Below are positions 1 through 11,404 of a stretch of DNA of 64,000 nucleotides, piece by piece (position 1 is the stretch's first letter; every line of letters begins with the position of its first letter). The notes beneath the pieces were generated by a model. That model worked only from the letters and a program-made list of their open reading frames with translations. It did no database searches and was not told the DNA's origin. Source of the stretch: Eledone cirrhosa (taxonomy: Eukaryota); contig OZ024758.1 of the NCBI GenBank assembly GCA_964016885.1, forward strand, positions 29,140,001-29,204,000, in the 5' to 3' direction. Both the position numbers and the translations under genes were made by a program.

Positions 1-93
1 TTATAAATATCAAAAAATGTTCAAAATATCCAATGAGAGAAATGAATATTTGATATACTATATACTAAATTATCTTTTTTTCTTTTTTTGTAG

Positions 94-229
94 GGACCCA
101 CTTACACAAATGCAAGAGGAAAAACATGAACATGATGCTAAAATGAAAAAGATGGAAGCTGAAATGGAACAAGTTTTCGAAATGAAGGTTAAAGAAAAGA
201 AGACCAAATTAAAGGACTCTGAAGCCGAT
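94..229 (+). CDS. SEPT7: Septin-7-like internal coding exon (start of C-terminal coiled coil); upstream exons lie outside the window
   Basis: Acceptor ttttttg tag at 91-93 and donor GAT|GTGAGT at 230. Translation [45 protein letters not shown] matches the recalled SEPT7 motif [44 protein letters not shown]. Ends in phase 0. Confidence 0.93.
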
Positions 230-1290
230 GTGAGTTAAATTAAGTTTCTCTATACACGTCTACAGTATATAGTTATAAAGGACTCTGAAGCCGATGTGAG
301 TTAAATTAAGTTTCTCTATACACATGTCTACAGTATATAGTTATAAAGGACTCTGAAGCCGATGTGAGTTAAATTAAGTTTCTCTATACACATGTCTACA
401 GTATATAGTTATAAAGGACTCTGAAGCCGATGTGAGTTAAATTAAGTTTCTCTATACACATGTCTACAGTATATAGTTATAAAGGACTCTGAAGCCGATG
501 TGAGTTAAATTAAGTTTCTCTATACACATGTCTACAGTATATAGTTATAAAGGACTCTGAAGCCGATGTGAGTTAAATTAAGTTTCTCTGTACACACGTC
601 TACAGTATATAGTTATAAAGGACTCTGAAGCCGATGTGAGTTAAATTAAGTTTCTCTATACACACGTCTACAGTATATAGTTATAAAGGACTCTGAAGCC
701 GATGTGAGTTAAATTAAGTTTCTCTATACACATGTCTACAGTATATAGTTATAAAGGACTCTGAAGCCGATGTGAGTTAAATTAAGTTTCTCTGTACACA
801 CGTCTACAGTATATAGTTATAAAGGACTCTGAAGCCGATGTGAGTTAAATTAAGTTTCTCTATACACATGTCTACAGTATATAGTTATAAAGGACTCTGA
901 AGCCGATGTGAGTTAAATTAAGTTTCTCTATACACATGTCTACAGTATATAGTTATAAAGGACTCTGAAGCCGATGTGAGTTAAATTAAGTTTCTCTGTA
1001 CACACGTCTACAGTATATAGTTATAAAGGACTCTGAAGCCGATGTGAGTTAAATTAAGTTTCTCTATACACATGTCTACAGTATATAGTTATAAAGGACT
1101 CTGAAGCCGATGTGAGTTAAATTAAGTTTCTCTATACACATGTCTACAGTATATAGTTATAAAGGACTCTGAAGCCGATGTGAGTTAAATTAAGTTTCTC
1201 TGTACACACGTCTACAGTATATAGTTATAAAGGACTCTGAAGCCGATGTGACTTAACTTTCTATACACATGACTACAATATATAGTTGTT
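211..1290 (+). repeat. 68-bp tandem repeat (16 units, last one degenerate) that starts inside the septin exon and spans its 5' splice site
   Basis: Unit aaaggactctgaagccgatgtgagttaaattaagtttctctatacacatgtctacagtatatagttat starts at 211, 277, 345 ... 1229. The first unit is 66 bp. The variant ctgtacacacg recurs every third unit (549, 753, 957, 1161). Confidence 0.97.
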
Positions 1291-1863
1291 TAAAAATATA
1301 CTATTTTACTTGTTTCAATCATTAGACTATGGCCATGTTGCAGCACTGCTTTAAAGGACTTTAGTCAATCATATCAACCCTAGTACTTTTTTTTTTCAAG
1401 TCTATTTATTTCATCAATCTCTTTTTGTTGAACTGTTAAGTTATGGGATATAAACACAGGTACACTCACATACATATATACAATAGGCTTTTGCACAGTT
1501 TCTGTCTTCCAAATTTCATTCACAAACATTGGTCAACTCAAGGTTATAGTAGAAGACCCTTGCTCATGGTGCACACAATAGGACTGAATCCCAAACCATT
1601 GATTGTGAAGTAAACTCTTTAACCTCTCAACTATGTGTGTGCCAATATTATATATTTTTATTTCATTCTGTTCTGAGCTGAGTGACTAATGAAACAATTT
1701 ATATAAAAGAATAGAAAGCGGCGAGCAGAGTTTGAAAATTGAAATAGAGGGCTTCGGCATATCTTTTGACTAAATAGAATAGTAAAATAATGGGGCATAT
1801 AAACCCACTCAATGGAAAAAGATAGCCACTTTTTCCATTGAGGAAAAAATAGCGCCTCAATAG

Positions 1864-2056
1864 AGTGGTGGATTGGCAATATTGGTAGAGCATTGGACAC
1901 CATGCTTTGCAGCATAAAGTTACGACCCTTTATGGTGTGAGTTCAAATCCCGCCGAAGTTAACTTTGCTTTTCATCCTTATGGGGTCGATAAAATAAAGT
2001 ACCAGTAATGCAGTGGGGTAATTGCTGGCCTTGTGCCAAAAGTAGAAACAATTATT
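1864..2056 (+). mobile_element. tRNA-derived SINE, family A (MetaSINE-like core)
   Basis: A-box-like tggcaatattgg, B-box gagttcaaatcc, core ttttcatccttatggggtcgataaaataaagtaccag and tail ttgctggccttgtgcc. Many copies in this window. Confidence 0.85.
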
Positions 2057-2503
2057 AAACTGTGTACTTAGTCAAAAGTTAAGGTGAAGCTTTCTATGTC
2101 AATTCATACAGTTTTAATCCTTTTACTAGCACCCAGCCAAAGCCAGCTCTGGTTCTATGAAACAAAATCCCACATTTTAAAGGGTTCTTGTTTAAATCAA
2201 AATCAGCCAACATAATTTTATTTAGTAAGCCTCTCAAAATTCTTCATTAATTGAAATAGAATGTATTTCATTAAAAATATCTTCTTGCAAGTATCAATTA
2301 CAATTCATTGTCTAGAATATGTTACATTTTTTTTTTTATTATTGACAGGATATAAGTCAAGGCTTTTGATGTTTAAATTTTACAAAGCAGAAAGAGTTGG
2401 ACATTTTTATCCAACATTTTACTAATATATTTATCAGGTGTATTGGCAATATTAGGATTTTGCTTTTAATTTACTCATAAATTTTCTTGAAATAAAATTT
2501 TAG

Positions 2504-2649
2504 TTGCAACGAAGAGCTGAACAAATGAAGAAGAGCTTAGATCAACAACAGAAAGATCTTGACGAAAAATGGCTTGCCCTTGAAAAAGAGAAATCCACTT
2601 GGGAAGAGCAGATGGGAGAAAGAAGACGCTCACTAGAGAATACGAAAGA
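2504..2649 (+). CDS. SEPT7: Septin-7-like coding exon (coiled coil), 146 nt, phase 0 to 2
   Basis: Acceptor ttttag at 2501-2503 and donor GA|GTAAGT at 2650. Translates LQRRAEQMKKSLDQQQKDLDEKWLALEKEKSTWEEQMGERRRSLENTK, continuing the previous exon in frame and matching SEPT7 LQRRHEQMKKNLE...W. Absent from the ORF track. Confidence 0.93.
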
Positions 2650-3145
2650 GTAAGTTATACCTTTTATTCTATATTTTGTTAACTGTCTTTTTTTTCTTTT
2701 TTTTTTCTTAATCCTCATCAAACTTTATTCTAATAAATTACTTGGTAAAAAAAAAATATATATATACATTTTTTCTAACTGTATATATTATATCTTTAAT
2801 ATCTGAAAACTTTGATGCCTGAAATGGAGCTGGCAACTCATCACAAAAAATCATGTCTTATTAGTAGTCAGGGATGTTATATGTGTGTGTGTCTGTGTGT
2901 ATACTCGATGTTGAAATGGCGTGAGTTCAGTCGTTGGACTATTTACAATATATATATATATTTGTTCTGTTTTGGCTTATCTGTACAAATATGGAAATAA
3001 GTAGTGTTCATTTTTTTTATTTTTTTTGCAATACAACAGTTATACTATCTAGGCTGTATAATAGTTTTTATGGCATGTTATTACACTATATACTCGAAAT
3101 ATGTTTTAAATATCAATGTCTTAGTTAGGTAACTAAATATATATA

Positions 3146-3505
3146 TCATCATCATCTTCATTTTACGTCTGCTTTTCCCTGCTTGCAAGGGTGGGACGGG
3201 AACTGATTCTGGCTTGATTTCTACAGCTGGATGCCCTTCCTAACACCAACCTCATTTACAGTGAGTGCTGGGTGCTTTTTTTTCTGTGGCGCCTACACGT
3301 CCTCTTTACAGTGTAGGCTGGGGGCTTTTTTGCCGTGGCACCTCCACAACCACTTTGCAGTGGAATGATAGGGACTGAGTAAACTGGAGCAATGTGAAAT
3401 AAAGTGTCTTGCTCAAGGAAACAACACATCACCCGGTCTAAGAATTGAACTCACAACCTTTCGATTGCAAGCCCAATGCTCTAACCACTAAGCCATGTGC
3501 CTCCA
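3146..3505 (-). mobile_element. tRNA-derived SINE, family B, with RTE-like 3' tail
   Basis: Reverse complement of the copy at 55708-56040. Has tggcttagtggttagagc, core tccttgagcaagacacttt, tail cttgcaagcagggaaaagc...(gat)n. Confidence 0.85.
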
Positions 3506-3845
3506 TATATATATATACAACAAAGGTAAAAATATATATAACTCAAATTTATGTTGAGAATTATTTATAATAGTATATAATTGCCAAACACCTTAGAAAT
3601 AGCTCAATGTGTTTATATATTAGTCTGAAGAAAAAGGAGATTTTATATATATTTATTCTACTCTCCATGAAAAACAGCACAGATTATCAAGGGGTTACTA
3701 AAAATGATGAACTGTCAAACTAGGAATGTATTGATTTTAACCTGATAAAAGTATAACACAAAGAAAATGTTAGACAATTCTTTACTTTTTCAATAAACAA
3801 TTCTGATTGTACATTCTTGGTTATATATATGATAATAGATATATA

Positions 3846-4037
3846 TAATTTTTTCTACATTTGGCACAAGGCCAGCAATTATCCCAGTGTATTACTGGTG
3901 CTTTATTTTGTCAACCTCGTAAGGATGAAAGGCAAAGTTAACCTCGGCGGGATTTGAACTCAGACCATAAAGGGCCATTACTCTTTGCTGCAAAGCATGG
4001 CGTCCGACCCTCTACCGATACTACCAATCCACCGCCC
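3846..4037 (-). mobile_element. SINE family A, inverted copy
   Basis: Reverse complement of the 1864-2056 and 10629-10820 copies (ggcacaaggccagcaatt...ggatgaaaggcaaagttaacctcggcgggatttgaactc...ccaatccaccgccc). Confidence 0.88.
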
Positions 4038-4049
4038 TTTATATATATA

Positions 4050-4360
4050 TAACATTAATAAAGATGCTGATGTTTATTCATTATAATTATTTCAACGGGT
4101 CTCCTATGCAATCAAGATGTAATTCATGCATTTGTTGTTATGAGAACGGTATCCTCAGACATATCTATGTCTGAGGATGCATGAGTAGAAGAACATATGT
4201 ATTTTCCTGCCGGTGGCATATCACAAAATCAAATTTCATCGAAGGATACCGTTCTCATAACAACAAATGCATGGATTACATCTTGATTGCATAGGAGAAC
4301 CGTTGAAATAATTATAAGGAATAAACGATTTATGTAACATCAGCATCTTTATTAATGTTG
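4050..4360. repeat. Foldback (long inverted repeat) element
   Basis: About 4050-4163 is the reverse complement of the right part (e.g. gcatttgttgttatgagaacggtatcc vs ggataccgttctcataacaacaaatgc). The central hairpin is atcctcagacata/tatgtctgaggat. Confidence 0.85.
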
Positions 4361-4491
4361 TTATACTGAATCTCCATCGTAACTACAAACTACGAATGTT
4401 GAGAGCTTTCTCCTGCTTGCTCCTGTTTTTACCAAAACAATCTCTTCAGAACACACACCACACACATATATATATACATATATATATATAT

Positions 4492-4668
4492 TGTCATCAT
4501 TTTACGTCAGCTTTTCCCTGCTTGCAAGGGTGAGACGGGTCCTCTTCAGCACATCATCTTTCCACTTGTTACAGTCCTTCGTCATCTCCTCTATAAGCTT
4601 CAGTGATCTAAGGTCAGCTCTCACCACCTCCGCCCATGTTTTCCATGGTCTTCCTCTACTCCGTCTTT
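4492..4668 (-). mobile_element. RTE-clade LINE 3' fragment
   Basis: The reverse strand encodes GRPWKTWAEVVRADLRSLKL-type C-terminal sequence and has the cttgcaagcagggaaaag...(gat)n tail. Homologous to 50655-50907 and 58635-58848. Confidence 0.75.
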
Positions 4669-7600
4669 CTGAAATTTTAACATATATATATATGTTAAAA
4701 TTTCATTGCAATTTCTTTAAGACTAAGGCTTCATCCATAGATTTATCTAACGGCCTATTTGAATCAAATATTTGTGGTAGAGGTACAATATTAGTGTGGT
4801 GCTTACACTGTAAATGTGGTTGGCATTAGGAAGGGCATCCAGCTGTAGAAACTAAGCAAAAATCAGTTCTATATGAGCAAGACAGTCACTTCATCTTAGC
4901 CATGCTAGCGTAGAAAAAATGGACGGTGATGATGATATGCATATTGGAAAGAAAACAGGGATTCCCTTTCTTTTGCTTCAGCTCCTTCCCCCTCTTGCCA
5001 CAAAAACAAAAAAAGGAATTAGTAAATATTGTACATTCCATTGAAGGCTGTAGTGTATTAGGTGCAGAAGACTGAATTAATAAGTACGAGAGCATATCTG
5101 AATAAAGAAAGTCTATATTTTTAAAGGAATTAGGAGTAAACATGCAATCTCACAATAAAAATTGAGAAGCTTTGCCTATTAAGCAGTTGCTTTCTCCTTT
5201 TAGAATGCTTTTGGCTGAAGGTGTGTGTGACACTTAGCTTATATTTTCCTCTTTTGTTACATGCAGTTAATACATTCTGTGCTTGACTGTTCTCAGCCAA
5301 CTCACTTGCTGTCGTATTGCAGTTTTCCATTCCTTTGCATGACTATATTCACTACTGGCCATATTGTCATTTTTTCTTGCACTAAAAAAAGTTCAGTTTA
5401 TAAAAAAAAAAAAAATCAATTTAAAATTTGTTTCTATTTGAATATTTTATTTTTCTCTATTAATGAAACTGCTTATTTAAATAACTCAATAAAAATGTAT
5501 AGTTATTATTAGTTGACTTTGTATATTTTCATCATCTGTTAATTTAATATTGTTTATATGCTTGATTTCATGAGATATATATCAACTCAAAAGATTTAAA
5601 ATAGTAATATCTTAAGGTAGATAAAATTAAATAAATTGATCAAATGAATTTCTAACATTTCTGATTCTTTATTAATTTTTTGGGGGGGTTTTATGGGGTG
5701 GGGTTTAGTGACAGTTACTCTCACTCCTGTTTCTCTTATATTAGTAGAACCACTTTGATAGAAATGGGTATTTCCCCCTGCTTCTTTTGTTCTTTTTACC
5801 TATCTAGCTGTCTATTTCTTACATTAGAGGTTGAAATGTTCTCAAATATTTGATTTAAGAAGGAAATGGTTTGAGCATTTAATTCTCATAGTAAATTTTC
5901 TCTAGCATCTACATAGTAATATATAGTATGACAGTCAGTTTTAAATGATTTAGTATAGAACATAACTGTATATAATGTAATGTGTGAAAAGTACTGATTA
6001 CACTATGGTAGTACTTATAACTGTTCTCTCATTGTATTATATTTGGTTTTATGTTGGTAATTTACTATTATGGAAGTATTAGGTTTATGATCAATGGCTC
6101 TCGCTACCGGTTACCTTATTTTCTACTTGTAAGGACTTAAATAGTTGTCTATATATTTTGTAATAGTAATCTACTGTGCCAATTTATTGATCTAACAGTT
6201 TTTCATATAATTTCAAAATAGTTTAATCCCAGTGAAAACAGTGATATGTTCTTTAAGATATGGTCTTATGAATTCCAGTTTAGGTTAACATATTATAATT
6301 GAGCAGCTATATCGTGTTTTGGCCAGTCTTAGGCTATAACTGCTTGGTATATCAATTCCACAACCCTCACTGATCTATCAGTTATTTTTCTACATGATAC
6401 CCACACTCTCTTGCATTATATTTTACCTCTTGTGATTACTATTTGTTTGAAAATATTTATTTAAAAATCAAATATACTCTGTCTTTTACAAGGCTAACTA
6501 TTTCTTCCACAATCCTTTTTTTCTAATGAAAAGCTTAACATGTTTTCAGTTTGTTGATTTTGGTAGAAACACATCTTACTTCTATTGTATAAACTACAGC
6601 AATCCAGTCTCAATAACAATCTGTTCAACCCATTCCAACATAGAAAGCAGGCATAAAGTGATGGTAAATTCTTTGTCAATCATTAGAGAAAGAGCTAGAC
6701 TCCTCCAAATTTATAAAATATATAGGAAAGTTAATGATGACGAGCTTGTTCTTTGCTACCTTCACCAGCTGAGAGAGGATATTTCTATTGTTAAAAGTCA
6801 AACGTTGAGAGGAACATCAACAAATGTTATATGCACTATGTATATTAATAATCTCACATCAGATACCCATGTGTCTACAATTGAATGTCTTCTGAACCCC
6901 ATAGAAGAAAGCTACAAACCTCATAAGACAATTATAATAGCAGATACTTTGAGGGCTGGATGGATAAATGAAAATATTTATGAATACATGCAATGTCTTA
7001 CATGGTTGGTGTTAGGAAGGGCATCCAGCTGTAAAAATCCCAGCCAAAATACAGTTCTGTTTGAGCAAGGTAGAGCACAGCCAACTGGCCAGAGTTGTAT
7101 CATAACATGGACAACCTGTCTAACTCATGCAAGCATGGAAAATGTGTTAACCGATGATGATTAAATAGAATTAAAACTTTCAAGAAAGGATTTCCTAATA
7201 TTACTTTACTTCTACCTATATTTTTTTCCTCTGTTATCTTTATGGTTACATTTTAAGTAAATATTTATTCTTCTTAAATCACTTCTAAGAAATTGCCTAA
7301 CTTTTATTGCACTGTCTTAGCTACAATATTACATTAGTGTAGTATGAAAGTCCCTTTAGTTGCTTCAAACCAACAAGGATACCAGCCCTGACAAGGTTTA
7401 TTTCCATCACCCTCAAACAATGCAAACCCAGAGCTCACCTCTATCTTTAAAGTGATTGTTGTTAGGGAGGGTATCTATCCATAGAAACCATGCCAACACT
7501 GAAACATAGGAGCAAGGTGTGGAGTTCTAGCCTTTCTTGTCTCAGAACAACTCATCCAACTTGAAGAAAAGTAATCCCTCCAATAACCTTGTTGAACAAT

Positions 7601-7807
7601 TTGAATGTCTCTCCCTCTTTAATAACTACCAGTACAGCTTTCATAATGTCAGATCTATTATAGCCCTAAGTTAGTTAAGAGTGAGTCTTCAAAAGATTTG
7701 GTGAATCAGCAAAGTTTTCCACCCTGTCTGGCACATAAATTCCCTTTGAAAACTACATGCCTACAGGTTCCATTCATCTCTTAGTGACTTAGCTTGCATT
7801 ATCTCAG

Positions 7808-8185
7808 TGTGGATTGGATGTAGCGGTAGAGCATCAGACACCATGCTTTGCAGCATAGTTATGGCCCTTTACGTTCTGAATTCCAATCGCAGCGTGGTTA
7901 GCTTTGCCTTTCATCCTTACAGGATCGATAAAAAAAAAAAGCACCAGTAATGCACTGGGGTAATTACTGGCCTTGTGCCAAAAGTAGAAACACTTTTCTC
8001 AGTGTGAATTGGCAGAGTTACGGCCCTTTAAGTTCTGAGTTCAAATCCCGCCAAAGTTAGCTTTGCCTTTCATCGTTATGGAGTCAATGAAATAAAGTAC
8101 CAGTAATGCACTGGGGCTAGGGCTGATTTATATCAACTTTCCCCTCTCCCCAAATTGCTGGCCTTGTGCCTATAGTAGAAATCAT
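7808..8185 (+). mobile_element. Two adjacent SINE family A copies (about 7808-7992 and 8000-8185)
   Basis: Both have tttgcctttcatc, accagtaatgcactgggg and ggccttgtgcc..agtagaaa. Confidence 0.82.
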
Positions 8186-8199
8186 TATCTCAGTGTGTT

Positions 8200-8455
8200 C
8201 TGATGACATGCTCTTTTACACACCTTCTCTCAACTCTGTTCTCTCCTGGATTTTATCCCCCGCATTCTTCTATTATACATCAACTTCTATACAGATAATA
8301 CCTTTCATCCCTTGTTGATCTCCCACACTGACTTGCCACCCTCATACAACCTAGATGCTGCAAAGCAAATCTGCATTAACTCCATTAACAAAGATCTCAC
8401 AAACATCCTCACATGTGGACCTTCCATTCTTGTTTCCTTTAACAGCCAAAAGGTA
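8200..8455 (+). mobile_element. Highly decayed CR1/L2-like LINE reverse-transcriptase fragment
   Basis: Broken-frame remnants resembling FLLYIN, YTDNT (YADDT-like), INKDLTNI and LVSFNSQK. Confidence 0.4.
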
Positions 8456-8945
8456 TAATCACTTACGTTCACCATCATTTTTTATGAATAGGTAATACTA
8501 TGTTTCTATAATATAACATACTAAACTGTTGACAATAAGAATTAGTACAATAAATGCATATTATCAAAGTAAAATTTCCATATATTAACATTGATTTAGA
8601 TATGTAACGAAAACTGTTGATTACATATAGTCTACAAAAGTGGTAGAATATCAACCTTCTTTGCTTTTTTTAATACTATCTTTATAAGGTATAGGCTTCT
8701 TTTCTATAGTATTTGACTACTGAAACTGGCTCTCAAGGATTTTTATTCAGAGCACACATTAATTTCATAGTTGACAGCATATTAAGAACATCACTTGATG
8801 TGTAAAAGCTTGCATTTTACTATTTACAAAATATAACTATCCTTTGCGATACTTAAATGTAATCATATGATATTTGAATAAATTTACATTTTAATATCTT
8901 TAAAGTGTATGTTATATATTGGAATATCTCCTACAACCCTCCCAG

Positions 8946-9048
8946 GAATAAGATGACGAAGAGAAAGAAATATTTGAATAGGAAATGCAAACTTCATAAT
9001 AAATCCTTTTATCATCTTGATTTACAAAAGCACACAGTAAAACACTAA
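8946..9048 (+). CDS. Candidate alternative terminal exon of the septin (basic tail)
   Basis: Acceptor ctcctacaaccctcccag. In phase 2 it reads (E)NKMTKRKKYLNRKCKLHNKSFYHLDLQKHTVKH*, with AATAAA at 9052-9057. Prediction only. Confidence 0.25.
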
Positions 9049-9623
9049 ATCAATAAATAAACATTTAATTATTGGTGAATTTATTTATTTTTAATAAATT
9101 TTAATACTTTTTTTTATTATATCACATTTTGTAAGAGATTTATTTTCTTGCTTGAATAGAATCAAATAAAATTACAAAATATGGAAATATTTTTCAATAT
9201 TAGTTTCAAATTCTAATAAATTAAGTGAAAATAAATATATTTGACCCTTTTCTAATCACTAAACATGATTACTTCATGTCATTAAATTAAATATATAATT
9301 ATATAATTCATTTTTAATGTACTAATATTTTTAACAAATTAACATTATTAATTATTTGAATTATTTGAAGTCTGAATTCCCTTGATACCTTACATAATCC
9401 CTTTCTAACAGTTAGGGAATTGTTTATCCTGCTTTCTAAAGAGAGTAAAAAAAAAAGTGGAAACAAAGAAGATTTTGAAATATTTATAACCTACTAAATG
9501 CCTTCAAAAAGGTTACAATAATGGGTCATTTCCAGTAGTATCTGCTGCATTAACATTCTTCATCCTGCATCTAAACTCTAAGGAAACATTATTCCATTCT
9601 GGTAAAGTTTCTTTCGCTTTCAG

Positions 9624-9688
9624 CGTGGCCTGGTCTACTTTTTTTCGGTTGAAACGCTAAATCGATCAAAATATCACAAGGAGAGCAG
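9624..9688 (+). CDS. Candidate 65-nt cassette exon of the septin
   Basis: Strong acceptor tttctttcgctttcag and donor CAG|GTATGT. Phase 2 reads (D)VAWSTFFRLKR*; phase 0 reads open throughout. TGCATG at 9786 and ACTAAC at 9928 lie downstream. Prediction only. Confidence 0.5.
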
Positions 9689-10282
9689 GTATGTCGTGAA
9701 ATGCTAGTGAAGTAGATAAGAAATTGTAATCATAATTAAAACCACTGAATACTAAAACAGCCATCATGCTTTGAAAGCAGTTAAGTGCATGTTATTAGCA
9801 TGAACCTTTTTATAACCCTTTCATCTCTCCTTTTCTAAAAATGACCTCAACCATGGCATCTGTCAGATGTGTCACACACTATTGTATAATTACACATACA
9901 GTGATATTAAGATCTGGATCAGCATGTACTAACTTTTTATTCATATTTATATGAAGCTGACATGTTGATGCTTCTCATTGTTTGATCATTAAATCTTCAC
10001 CAATTTGTTTCAAATCTAAACTGTTTATCATAGTTGTTAGATACTGACAGTTTCACCATGTCTTTAAAAATAAACATTAGTTATATTAACACATTTTAAT
10101 AATTAATTTTACTGATTAAAATTTCTGTATTAAATTTAAATAAGTTTAACCCTTTTAATACCAAACCACTCTTGATTCTATGATACAAAACTATTTGTTA
10201 TAAAGTGTTAATATTTATCTTAAAACCTCTCGTCAAGATATTATATAAGAACCTGTAAGTTATGCTCCAAACACCATCTTAA

Positions 10283-10502
10283 CCCTTTAATGTTCAAACC
10301 GGCCAAAACCAGCCAGAATTCTCTACCTTTTTCTGTTGAAACTGGCTGTAACTGGTCACTCAAACTGATGTTAAGGTATTGTTCTCAAAATAAATAATAT
10401 CAAAATCTCATAGATTCGATATTATGTGAGATAATTATGCGAGGTAAAGCCTTTACCATGAAAATATAATAGTATATATAGAGAAATGTAAATGCTAAAG
10501 GG
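10283..10502 (+). mobile_element. piggyBac-like non-autonomous element (MITE)
   Basis: TTAA|CCCTTTA...TAAAGGG|TTAA termini. Internal sequence is shared with the copies at 44630, 49825 and 57988. Confidence 0.75.
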
Positions 10503-10628
10503 TTAATAATGAGAAAGTTTATATTACAGAATCCCTCCAAATTCTTGATTATTTTCACAATTATTTTAAATCTTTCATTAGAAACATAGTAAGAGTAAGT
10601 AACACTCTAGCAACACATTTCATTTCAG

Positions 10629-10820
10629 GGCAGTGGATTGGCAGTATCGGTAGAGGGTCGGATGCCATGCTTTGCAGCAAAGAGTTACGGCCCTTTATGG
10701 TCTGAGTTCAAATCCCGCCAAGGTTATCTTTGCCTTTCATCCTTACGGGGTCGATAAAATAAAGTACCAGTAATGTACTGGGATAATTGCTGGCCTTGTG
10801 CCAGAAGTAGAAACAATTAT
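10629..10820 (+). mobile_element. SINE family A, well-preserved copy
   Basis: tggcagtatcggtagag A box, gagttcaaatccc B box, tttgcctttcatccttacggggtcgataaaataaagtaccag core. Confidence 0.88.
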
Positions 10821-11404
10821 TTATATAGTTCCATTGTAATTGTCAAGTAGGCATACTATATTTCATTCAAACAATTTTATCTTCACCATTGACAACTGAA
10901 TATTTACTAGGATGTATTTAAAGTACAATGATAGCTTGTAGATATTCTACTCTTTATCAAACTTAGATTGTATATGTAAACAGCTAAGGAGTTGGGTTCA
11001 GTTCTATTTCAAATGGCAATAGATACTTAAGGTGAAAGAAACTATTCTATTCAAATCTATATCTGACTAATGAGGTATATGAAGAAGCAATATTCAAATA
11101 ACAGCTGGAATAACAAACTATGAAACTATAAACCAAGGAAAAGTCTTTAGTTTTAGTAAAAAGAATGTTGTAAGTGGCTTTGATGTAAGTTTTTGCCAAG
11201 TTTCTATAGTATTAAAAAGGTAATATTGCAGACCTGAATAACATTCAACAAGAAATACAACTTAGTGGGTTTGAAAAAGGGATGTTGTGTGCTGATGTTT
11301 ATCATCTTCATATCTATAATCAAATCAATCAAGTTACCATAACTGGTACAACCAGTCATTGGGGTGCCAACTCTAGATGTTTGACTGTGTGTGAATCATG
11401 GCAT

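Noticed and set aside
17-93. N-terminal part of ORF 17..238
   Set aside because: Intronic pyrimidine tract before the acceptor at 93; septin similarity starts at 94.
211-1290. CRISPR-like appearance of regular repeats (also 49124-49346 and the satellites)
   Set aside because: No unique spacers, no cas genes, and a spliceosomal eukaryotic context.
1864-2056. tRNA gene calls from A/B-box motifs (here and in other SINE heads)
   Set aside because: No cloverleaf; the motifs belong to multi-copy SINEs.
5267-5342. Acceptors at 5266 (gives D*) and 5296 (gives DQLTCCRIAVFHSFA*) as further septin tails
   Set aside because: The 5296 acceptor has a short pyrimidine tract and I found no matching donor. 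Not distinguishable from chance, though worth including in a junction search.
5745-5767. Possible 20-23 nt microexon (tag...ATGG|GTATT)
   Set aside because: Weak donor and frame-shifting relative to the canonical last exon; no independent support.
6526-7164. 212-aa ORF
   Set aside because: No recognisable protein. It ends within a SINE/RTE tail (ggttggtgttaggaagggcatccagc), and its middle looks at best like very decayed LINE RT (MYINNL).
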